Below are positions 54,279 through 64,000 of a stretch of 64,000 nucleotides of DNA, in pieces. This DNA comes from Eledone cirrhosa. Taxonomy: Eukaryota. The notes below the pieces were generated by a model. It saw only the letters and a program-made list of their open reading frames with translations. It had not been told where the DNA came from and did no database searches. A program made the translations under genes and the position numbers. The first letter of the stretch is position 1. Each line of letters begins with the position of its first letter. Where the stretch lies: positions 252,154,001-252,218,000 of the forward strand of contig OZ024740.1 in the NCBI GenBank assembly GCA_964016885.1, written 5' to 3'.

Positions 54279-54326
54279 ATGCAAATTAGTCTGCCCACTA
54301 ATAATTTTCATAGAAAAAGCATATAA
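54279..54326 (+). promoter_or_regulatory. Putative snRNA-type promoter cassette, family B
   Basis: ATGCAAAT 54279-54286, TAATTTTCATA 54302-54312, TATAA 54322-54326. Octamer-to-box start spacing is 23 bp versus 24 bp in family A. Confidence 0.5.
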
Positions 54327-54343
54327 CGATATGTGCTTTTACA

Positions 54344-54439
54344 ATTCTCCAGAAGGGCCGGTAGATAGGTAAATATTGCTGATGAGTTGTAACAACAGCG
54401 AAACTAGTTCAATATTCCTTGTCTGGCTTTCTGGAGAAT
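54344..54439 (+). ncRNA. Type I hammerhead ribozyme B (predicted cleavage after GUU, 54409)
   Basis: Stem I AATATTG/CAATATT; CTGATGA 54379-54385; stem II GTTGT-AACA-ACAGC; GAAA 54400-54403; ACTAGT stem III. Stem I extends through AGG/CCT and ATTCTCCAGAAGGGCCGG/CTGGCTTTCTGGAGAAT. Confidence 0.88.
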
Positions 54440-54660
54440 AGAGGGAAGGTGTTCCCCCGAAAACCAGTATGACTCTAAAAACCGGTTTGTCTGTGTGTTT
54501 ACATACAGAATAGCTGGGTTGCTCACAGTAAAGCAACCAGTGAAAGACTTGTTACACCTACATATGTATACGTGTGTGTATTCATATACACACTAGTATT
54601 TCAGTATGCATATGTAGATGTACATTTTTGACTTAATTGTTTATATATATATATATATGT

Positions 54661-54721
54661 GCATGCTACTGTACGTCTGTATACATGTATGTATGTACGT
54701 ATACATACATACTTACATTTA
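54661..54721 (+). repeat. Short fragment of the family A unit between (TA)n tracts
   Basis: GCATGCTACTGTACGTCTGTATACATG...CTTACATTTA matches 53435-53495. Confidence 0.9.
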
Positions 54722-54735
54722 TATATATATATATA

Positions 54736-55502
54736 TACGATATTAAACAAATGGAAACTATATTTATAAAACCATATTTATTTCATTATATATATTTCAG
54801 GGATATCATATTAAAAATATGGTATCATATTAAAAATATGGTATACCTTCCTCACAAAATACAATATATAAACCGTTTTATAAATAAATTTGACATACCT
54901 TAAACATTACAACTTCCATTTAAAAAGTTGATTTGGTAGTGAAAATGTTAAGGACAGTTAGAAAGAAAGACGAAGAGAAAAAAGAAGGAAAGTGTATAGT
55001 GTTAAGGACGAAGAGAAGAAGAAAGAAAGTGTATAGTGCTAAGGATAGTTAGAGAGGAAGACGAAGAAGATGAAGAGATGTATGTACAGAAAAAACAGAG
55101 CGAGATAGAGAGAGAAAGAGATATGGGAGAGAGAAATATATTGAGGAAGTGAAAAATGATAGGCAGCTTGGGCACAGATGATCAACGTACAAATGAGAGA
55201 TTAAGGAGGGAAGAGGGTACTGTAATTATTTATTTATTTATTTATTTAGTTATAGTGTTAAGGATACGGAGAGAAATAAAAATAAAAATAAAAATAAATA
55301 AAGAGAGGTAGAGAGAGATATAGGTGGCGGGAGAAAAGAGGTAGATCGAGTAATATCTATCATACGAGGTGGGAGAGATACAGTTAAATCAGCCGATACA
55401 TAAATCCCGTCAAGTGTAGAGGGAAGAGGAGAAGAAATAGATATATTCAGAAAGAAAGATGATAGATTTAAAATATTATGTTTCATCCATTTGAATTATC
55501 AA
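54736..55502 (-). repeat. Left arm of long inverted repeat (inverted copy of 57485-58234)
   Basis: Reverse complement of the right arm with few substitutions, an extra 19-bp duplication (TATCATATTAAAAATATGG) and a 2-bp deletion. Confidence 0.95.
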
Positions 55503-56615
55503 AATAATAACTCTGAACTAAATAGAAAAACAAAACAAATTATACAATTTTTTAATTACCTTAATCTAAAAATAGAAATTGAGAATAACCATAGAATAGT
55601 CAATTTCCTAGATATAACATTAAATCTCAACACATGTCTTCACTATCCATTTCACAAGTTAAATGAAAACTTGAATTATGTCAGTTTTAGCTCTAATCAC
55701 CCCAGATCTGTCAAAAATACTATAGTGAACTCTGTTCAAAAACGTATCTCTAGAATCTCATCTAATAAAAATATTTTCGACGAAAAAGCCCAGTATTACA
55801 ATGAAGCGTTAGCTAGAGCAGGATATAGTGATAAAATTATGTACATCGATAATAGACAAACTAACCAAAATAACAACAATTTTAATTACGGTAACAACTT
55901 TAACAACTATAATAGAAAGCATTACAATAATTCCCAAAACCAGAAAAGAAATAGAACTAGAAATATAATATGGTTTGCCCCCTCTTTCTCACTAAACATT
56001 AAAACCCACATCGCTAAACTATTTTTTAATGCTCTTGACAAATGCTTCCCTAGAACACATAAGTATCACTCAATTTTCAATAGACATACTATAAAATTAA
56101 CATACTCGTCCACCAAAAATTTAGCACAAAATATTAATAGAATAAATAATAGGAATCTAAAACCTAGCCAAAATACCGAAAATAGCCTAAACAATATTCA
56201 AGTAAACAACTGTAACTGTAGAGATAGATCTAAATGTCCGCTAAATAACAATTGCTTAGTTAAAAATATAATATACAACTGTAATGTTAAAACTGATTTA
56301 AATTCTTTTAATTATGTTGGTTCCACCTCGACAGAATTTAAACTTCGCTATAATAATCACAAGAATTCTTTTACGGATCCAAACAAAAAATCTTCAACAT
56401 CACTATCAGGCTTACTCTGGCAACTTAAACATGATAACGTTGGATATTCGATGGTTTGGAATATAGTCTCAAAAGGGATTCCTTTTAATTCCTCTTCTGA
56501 GACATTCTTTATACTAAAATATAAAAATGCCCTTAATTTACGGACCAATTTATTCAGCTGCTGTAGACATAGATTGAACTCAACTTTTAAATATAAATAT
56601 AAATTTAAAATGTAG
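55503..56615 (+). pseudogene. Penelope-like polyprotein remnant: RT C-terminal/thumb region, CxCx5Cx5C linker and GIY-YIG endonuclease (Naiad-like by inference)
   Basis: Motifs VNFLDITL, SNHP, ALARAGY, RNIIWF, IFNRHTIKLTYS, CNCRDRSKCPLNNNC, NIIY...YVGST..FKLRYNNHKNSF, CRHR. The catalytic YxDD region is absent; the called TTG start at 55491 lies inside the inverted arm. Confidence 0.9.
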
Positions 56616-57484
56616 TATATTTACTTAAGATATTTAACTATTTATGAAACTTGGCGATAAATCTTTCGATTCCTTCAATTTTTTAAAACCTTCTTCATGA
56701 GTATATAATTAATGAGATTAATTAAACTACCCTAAAATGGTGATGCTCCCAATCTATTGAATACATTTTTAAGCTAGATAAACTTCTATAATAAATATAA
56801 GAGCATTGTAGAACAACTGGGTATCCATAAATTTTTTTGAATGATTTCTGCTAAATAAGTTTTGTTGAATAATTTTGGTTTTGTTTGCTTTTGATTCTGA
56901 TTGCTTCTAATGAACTTGACAATATATTGTCAAATAAATTGGAAGGGTGGTTTTCTGTGGTTGATATGCGTGGCATACTATGCTTTCTTACGTCCCTAGA
57001 TACTCTGGGGAGTGATGAAAATATTCTTGGCGTTTTTAATATATTGATATCTGTTGTCTATTCTATGCTTGAACGATAATCATGTAAGTGAGGGCAAGAA
57101 TATTATTATTAATATTAATGTATATTTTATGTCTATATATATATGTATGTACATATATGTATGGTGGAATCTTTTGTAACGCAATGAAGATTTTCATGAA
57201 AAATAAGAATTTACAGAGCCGATCACGTAAATTCACATGTGTGTCTATAATTGTCAACTTGAATTTGAGATAACCTTCTCTTTTCTCTTTTTCTTTTTTC
57301 ATGAAAATACATATATACTTATGTATTTCAGTATTTTTGAAGTTTTATCTCAGATTTTGATTATAAACCTAAGAATTTTTAAACTAAACATAGGGTCATT
57401 ATTTTTTCATTTTTTCACACATTATTGATATGTGTCTCATTCATGAATATTGATATTTACATTATAATACCTAATTCATATGAA

Positions 57485-58234
57485 TTGATAATTCAAATGG
57501 ATGAAACATAATATTTTAAATCTATCATCTTTCTTTCTGAATATATCTATTTCTTCTCCTCTTCCCTCTACACTTGACGGGATTTATGTATCGGCTGATT
57601 TAACTGTATCTCTCCCACTTCGTATGATAGATATTACTCGATCTACCTCTTTTCTCCCACCACCTATATCTCTCTCTACCTCTCTTTATTTATTTTTATT
57701 TTTATTTTTATTTCTCTCCGTATCCTTAACACTATAACTAAATAAATAAATAAATAAATAATTACAGTACCCCCTTCCCTCCTTAATCTCTCATTTGTAC
57801 GTTGATCATCTGTGCCCAAGCTGCCTATCATTTTTCACTTCCTCAATATATTTCTCTCTCCCATTTCTCTTTCTCTCTCTATCTCGCTCTGTTTTTTCTT
57901 TACATACATCTCTTCATCTTCTTCGTCTTCCTCTCTAACTGTCCTTAGCACTATACACTTTCTTTCTTCTTCTCTTCGTCCTTAGCACTATACACTTTCC
58001 TTCTTTTTTCTCTTAGTCTTTCTTTCTAACTGTCCTTAACATTCTCACTACCAAATCAACTTTTTAAATGGAAGTTGTAATGTTTAAGGTATGTCAAATT
58101 TATTTATAAAACGGTTTATATATTGTATTTTGTCTGAGGAAGGCATACCATATTTTTAATATGATATCCCTGAAATATATATAATGAAATAAATATGGTT
58201 TTATAAATATAGTTTCCATTTGTTTAATATCGTA
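57485..58234 (+). repeat. Right arm of long inverted repeat (putative sense pseudo-LTR/3' region of the PLE)
   Basis: 750-bp reverse complement of 54736-55502; CT-rich with internal short direct repeats. Confidence 0.93.
58126..58190 (+). ncRNA. Possible degenerate PLE hammerhead motif
   Basis: CTGAGGA 58134-58140, stem II-like AGG..CATATT-TTT-AATATG..CCT, GAAA 58172-58175, palindromic ATATAT; stem I pairs poorly. Confidence 0.35.
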
Positions 58235-58325
58235 AATCTACTCCAAAACTTGTTGAGTGCTTTTATATCAGTTATAACATATTTACTCGTTGTAACCCAA
58301 CAATTTTAAATAAAACTTTTGCAGA

Positions 58326-58587
<262 letters not shown>

Positions 58588-58996
58588 TACATACACACTG
58601 TTTGATGTCACCAGAAATGTTTTTAAGGAGACGAGAACATTATATAATGTCAATCATTTCTTAGGATCAAATTATGAATAATGCAGCACGGAGAGGGAAG
58701 CAATTTATTGCTGTGGGAGGTAGAAACACAGATATTAACGAGTGTTTTGTCGCTGTATTGCGTTTAAAGTCTCCTAGATACAAAGCTAATGAAATAATTG
58801 TCGTTTAGCTCTATCAGGCAAATTTATGCCCAACGACTGTCTAGCTAGCCCCACTTCAATGTATCACGAACTCCATTATCTAATGTCTCCTTATTTAAGT
58901 TCATATAGGAAATAGATAGAAGTCCTTGTAGTACGAACAACTACAGCATCTATTAAATCAACCCTTTTCTTCTCCCACATAGACTAACCCCTGGCA

Positions 58997-59141
58997 TTCT
59001 TCTTCTTCTTCTTCTTCTTCTTCTTCTTCTTCTTTCTTCTTCTTCTTCTTCTTCTTCTTCTTCTTCTTCTTCTTCTTCTTCTTCTTCTTCTTCTTCTTCT
59101 TCTTCTTCTTCTTCTTCTTCTTCTTCTTCTTCTTCTTCTTC
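58997..59141. repeat. (TTC)n / (GAA)n microsatellite, ~48 units
   Basis: Nearly pure TTC run with a single 1-base interruption near 59033. Confidence 0.97.
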
Positions 59142-59808
59142 TCTTCTCACTTATACCTGAGATAGGCGTGGTAGCAGAGTCCTCAGACACGCCTTCCTTG
59201 GAGTGTCTAATTATCTATCTATTTATTTACTTGTTTGTTTATTTATTTAGTCTCTCTCTCTCTAACACCCCATCCTTCCTTACTCCACAACAAAATTACC
59301 ACAAGAGCAGGAAAGTTTCGCTTGAAAATATCATTGGAAGAAAGTTTTTACGAAAAGGCGTTTCTCGTGGAACAAACACAACTTGTTGCTTTCATAAATA
59401 TCTTTGGTCTTAACATAAACCAGTTTTAAACAGACAGATGCTTTATGACCAAGAAGATATATGCAAATCTTGGCAAACAGAATCCAAATAGAAAATGAAG
59501 ACAAGTGAAGACAAAAGCTAAAATCAAATATAATACCTCGAATAAGCGTATAATAATGAATTGAAATAAGTTTGCTTGTCAACATGGAAGATTCAGGAAA
59601 AAAATAAAAAATAAAAAGATGGTGGTCTTTCCGAATTAATTTTGACCATATGTTGCCGGTATTTTATCCCGTATTAACAATGGAGATTTACATTCGTTAT
59701 TTGTGATTTTCTATATATGTAGGAGTAAGAGTAAATGTGTATATATGTTGTGTGTAAATATACGTCTAAATGAGTGTGTATACAAATGCATACTTACGCG
59801 TGCTTAAA

Positions 59809-59821
59809 ATATATATATATG

Positions 59822-59901
<80 letters not shown>
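59809..59901. repeat. (TA)n microsatellite
   Basis: Direct reading. Confidence 0.95.
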
Positions 59902-59902
<1 letters not shown>

Positions 59903-60168
59903 AGATCAAAAGATGGTTAAAGGAGTTCAATATATTTTATTATGCGCATTTCAAGAACAAACATCATCAAACAATAATATTTGTGTTTTCATCAGATAAA
60001 ACAGGAGAACATGATATGAAGGCTAAAAAAACACTTGTTGATAGTGCAGTTTTAAATCAACATATGTTTTAAATCAGTATATTATGCATACTCCAGTCCC
60101 ACAAACTGTAGAGTGCTTCTTATCCGATATCTGCATTGCTTTATTGTACTACAATAAAACTCACCTCC

Positions 60169-60171
<3 letters not shown>

Positions 60172-60209
<38 letters not shown>

Positions 60210-60555
60210 ATCTATCTGTGTATGTATGTATGTTTATGTATGTATATGTGTGTGTATGTGTGTATGTATGTGTGCATGTATGTATGTATATATGTATATA
60301 TGTATGCATGTATGTATGCATACATATATACATATATACATACATGCACATGTATGTATGTATGTATGTATGTATGTATGTATGTATGTATGTATGTATG
60401 CCTGTACATATGTATTTATGTATGTATGTATGCATGTATGTATGTATGCATGTATGTATGCATATATGTATGTATATGGTTCATGTATGTATATGTGTAT
60501 GTATGCATGTATGTATGCATACACCTTGTATATCCACATGCATTGCTGTAATATT

Positions 60556-60616
<61 letters not shown>
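60172..60616. repeat. Compound microsatellite (TA)n-(TATG)n-(TA)n
   Basis: Degenerate TATG/TGTA tetramers at about 60218-60520 between TA tracts. Confidence 0.95.
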
Positions 60617-60618
<2 letters not shown>

Positions 60619-60889
60619 ACAAACCACAAATCAACACAGGCTGCAGTAATTCAAGAATGTCTAATCATCTGACTATATTAACCAAGTGTTTCAAATCTAG
60701 CTGTCGTCTGTTCTACAGTGTGGATGTAATTCACTTCGCGCAGAAGTTTTGTTCAAATTTATTGCGGAAATTTTGTGAGTTCAAATTTAATTTTGATACT
60801 ATTGTGTAGCTTGACCCCCCGTCTGAACTGTCAGGCGGAGGGTCAGCTCATCTTTACCCCTCCTAGAGGTGAAAAACCTGTTTTAAAAA

Positions 60890-62835
60890 ATGTTGTGGCA
60901 AAATAATTTCAATCGTCTGACAGAAATGTTAAACGAAGCGAACGAAAATAGTGGTGGGGGGACAGCGGTAAGAGTTGTAAGCTTGCACGCTTTAGTCCCC
61001 CCTTCCTTCCCAACTAACGTCATAGAGAAGGAAGGAAAAAATAAAATAAAAACAGACGAATCTGCGGAGAAAAATGACGAAAACACAAATCTGGACATGG
61101 ATTCCAACAACGAAAAAAAAAATTTTGAAAAATTGCATGACAATATTAATACCACAAACAAAGACACAACAAACACAAAAAAAACATTTGAAAACAACAT
61201 CATAACAGAAAGCAAAGCAGACGACATAGTCAACAAGATTTCATTTGCACAAACAACAAAGAAATCTTTGACATATATACCCGAAAATATTTCAGATGTG
61301 GCACGAAGAATCACAGACGCCAAACAATACATAAGTGAAGGAGAGAATGGTATTTTATCGGCAAAAATACCTCAAGAACTCACCAAAGACATTGAAAGTC
61401 GAACGGTCGAGTTCCGCACCATCAACAACACTTCAAAATACCTGAACAGCTTTCTCAAGCAAATATCAAAACAGTACTCACAGAAGTACTTAATGAAACC
61501 ACTTTCATAAGAAAAGACAGACTGTATGGAAGCCTAGCAATTATCATGAAGAACGAATCGGCGGCAAAAAAATGTGCTTTGTCACCGATTCGTTCGAAAA
61601 TTGTTTACCTTTTATCCATCTTATATGGGTAAAAGAACTCAACGCATATGGCTGGATGCAATGATGCCAGATGTGGACTACTGCTGGCTCATAGCTGGCT
61701 TCATCGATCCAGTGAATGACAACGTGATTTCCATTGGGAAAACCACAGGCAATGCGTTCAGTGGAACAGGTATAGAGCTGGTAGTGCAAATGAAGCCTGA
61801 ACGCATCGCCCAAATACCCGACAGAATCCTATTAGAGGGCCACGGGTATATAAACATTAGCGTGGAGGGGAGAAGGCCGTCCTGTCATATCTGTGCAGGC
61901 AGAGGGCACCTGAAGGCCGCTTGTCCCCAACTCAACAAAAAGAAAACCCTGCTACCAACACCAGCTCCACCACCACCACCACCACAACAGATAAACAAAC
62001 AACAAAACTCAGTCCCACCCAACCCGTCCCTCAGTAAAACTACACCACCACCACAACACAAACAGTCACAACACATTACCCCAAAACAAAATACAGGCCC
62101 ACCCAACCCCTCACTCAATAAAACAACACAACCACCGCAGACACAACACACAACACAGTCTAACATAGTGACATCCATCTCCCCCACAAAGAAAACCAAC
62201 ACGGAAACATAACCAGCAAACATACCTCTTCCCTCCAACACTGAAGATAACCCAACGAATTCGGAGGAAGAAACGGAGTCCTTCAGACAGATTAAAAGGA
62301 AAAAAAGAAAACATGTGCAAAACACACAAGGCCAAACAACCCCCACCCAAATCTCAACGCAATCCAACAAAACAGAAAACACCCCTCCAGCAACAAACAA
62401 AACCAAACCTGCCTCTCCCCTCTTCGAAACACTCACACCATCCGAAAAAAAAAAACATTACACTATACTTACATCAACAGAAACAATAATAAATTAAATG
62501 AACTCATAAACAATAATCCTTCGGTACAAACCGAAGGTGTAAACTTTGTTTCTTCAGAAAACTACCCACATTTAAAATTAATAAAGATCCCAATGAACCT
62601 CTACCAAAAACTAAAAAAGGATTTTAAGGAGGACGTAGGACCACCCTCTGTCAAACCCATAAACCGCGTCCTACTAAAAAGCTTTCCCCCTCCCCTTCCC
62701 CTCCCCAACACAACTCCAAACACCCCAACCCCACCACACACTGACGACCCCACACCACCACAAGACACCCCTTCACCCAACACCCCCGACCCCATGGAAG
62801 TCGTGCGACCCGAACCCCGGGAAGCGGAAAGGTAG
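60890..62835 (+). pseudogene. LINE ORF1 (gag-like, zinc knuckle), disrupted
   Basis: Fragments 60890-61510, 61574-62212, 62315-62497 and 62593-62835; CHICAGRGHLKAAC (CX2CX4HX4C) followed by a Pro/Thr/Gln-rich tail; stops and frameshifts between fragments. Confidence 0.78.
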
Positions 62836-62868
62836 GTCTCTACACTCTCCTTTGGCTCTGCCGCCCAC

Positions 62869-64000
62869 ATGGATGTGTTAAGAGTAGGATGTTTGAATGC
62901 ACGTGGCCTGGGCTCAACTTGGAAGCAAGCAAAGCTTCTAAATGACCTCAGGTCATGTGGCATAAATGTAATGGTTATCTGTGAGACTCGGATCAGCGTC
63001 GTGCGGCAGCTGGCCCCTACCTTCGATGACTTTGAGGTGCATGCATCTCTCTGTCAACCTGGAGGTGGGGGTGGGGTTGTCGTACTGCTGCAAAAACACC
63101 TGGGTCTTGCCGTACAGGTTGTGCACTCGGACCCGGAGGGTCGTTTGTTGGTGCTAGACGTTGGCAGTAGTGAAGGTGCGGCCTTAAGACTGGTCGCCGT
63201 CTACTCCCCTTTCGGAGCTGAACGGCCCGACTTCTTCCAGCGTTTAGAGACTTTTCTGGGAACGTTGCGTTCCCTGCTTCTAGCGGGGGATTGGAATGAC
63301 ATCCTAGATGCACGTTGGGACTATGCAGGAGCATGTCCTAATAGAGGGGGTGTAACAGCCTCAAGGGGTTACTCGACCGTTTTAACTTGGTCGATAGATA
63401 TCGTCTAGATTTTCCAACTGTGCCTACCTGGACTTGGAGAAACCACAGTGGTCAATCTAGATCGTACTTAGATAGATTCTTAGTTAGAAGTAAGGATAGG
63501 GACATATTAAGCTGTCCAGAAATGCGCACGGTTGGCTACACGGATAACAAATTAGTGACCTGCGTAGTCAATCTCGAGAAAACACATAAACAGGGTCCCG
63601 GTTACTGGAAACTTAATTTGTCTTTACCGGCAAAAGAGACTTACAGAAACCGGATTAGCAGATTAGTTAAGGAGAGGTTGACGGGTGCAATCGTCAACAA
63701 CCGATGGTGGGCATCTCTCAAAAGAGAGATTAGAACAGAATCAATAAGTTATAGCAAGATGTTATCTGCCGATAGGAATAGAAACGAGAAAGAATTAACA
63801 GGTAAATTAGAAGAGGCAATCAAGAGCGAAGATGTGGCCAGAGTGCTGGCATCGAGGACGGCCTTGAACCAGTTTTTCGATGCAAAGCACGAAGGCTGCG
63901 TCATTCGAAGTAAAATACGTGCTCTAGGTAATGAGGGGGCCAAAGCCGTTGGCTGGGCCCGCGTGACAGAAGCTAAGAGTGGAAATCGATCCACCATCCG
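62869..64000 (+). pseudogene. LINE ORF2 N-terminus: apurinic-like endonuclease plus linker, frameshifted near 63350
   Basis: VGCLNARGL, ICETR, VAVYSP, LLAGDWN; then in another frame TWTW..SRSYLDRFLV..GYTDNK..GPGYWKLNLSL, open to the window end. The usual SDH motif reads TDN (catalytic His lost). Confidence 0.88.

Larger units (their letters stand above)
53956..54643 (+). mobile_element. Family B hammerhead-containing tandem repeat (retrozyme-like), 467-bp period; one full unit plus flanking partial copies
   Basis: 54082-54176 recurs at 54549-54643, and 53956-54065 matches 54392-54503. The partial copy at 53956 keeps only the 3' half of the ribozyme (no CTGATGA). Confidence 0.82.
54736..58325 (+). 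mobile_element. 5'-truncated Penelope-like retroelement with an inverted pseudo-LTR, flanked by (TA)n
   Basis: PLE-type RT/GIY-YIG ORF between long inverted repeats; (TA)n on both sides. Right boundary inferred from the onset of (TA)n. Confidence 0.85.
60800..64000 (+). mobile_element. Degenerate L1/Tx1-type non-LTR retrotransposon, 5' portion; continues beyond the window
   Basis: Gag-like ORF1 with CCHC knuckle followed by an APE-domain ORF2 with the GPGYWKLN motif typical of L1/Tx1. The 5' boundary is uncertain. Confidence 0.85.

Noticed and set aside
56620-56662. CTTAAGA...GAAAC just after the PLE stop codon as another hammerhead
   Set aside because: The core deviates from CTGANGA, there is no UH triplet in register, and the stems are unconvincing.
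55250-57737. Twin 78-aa ORFs at 55250-55486 (-) and 57501-57737 (+)
   Set aside because: They are the two arms of the inverted repeat; low-complexity peptide with no recognisable domain.
54736-58234. DNA transposon with long terminal inverted repeats
   Set aside because: The enclosed ORF is PLE RT/GIY-YIG, not a transposase, and the left arm truncates it, as expected for an inverted pseudo-LTR.
60883-63997. Minus-strand ORFs overlapping the LINE
   Set aside because: Antisense shadows of an A/C-rich sense strand; no motifs.

Overview
AT-rich eukaryotic (probably invertebrate animal; inference) repeat DNA with no intact host gene. Bases 1-52969 are one composite satellite of roughly 70 head-to-tail modules. 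Each module is an AT-rich imperfect palindromic spacer, a ~45-105 bp A-rich leader and an array of about 3-46 copies of the 25-mer GGAAATTATCTCCCCTTGGCCGGCT, with multi-kb higher-order duplications. All ORFs called there are artefacts of a stop-free 25-mer. At its edge (52969-54721) are two diverged families of ~470-bp tandem units (477 and 467 bp). Each unit carries a type I hammerhead ribozyme (CUGAUGA...GAAA, palindromic ACUAGU stem III, long covarying stem I) just downstream of a conserved octamer/PSE-like/TATA-like cassette. These look like non-LTR retrozymes with an snRNA-type promoter and are the main finding. They abut a 5'-truncated Penelope-like element (RT C-terminus, CxCx5Cx5C linker, GIY-YIG) bracketed by ~750-bp inverted repeats and (TA)n. 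Microsatellites and a frameshifted L1/Tx1-type LINE follow, running off the window. All analysis is by eye; folds, counts and family assignments were not computed.
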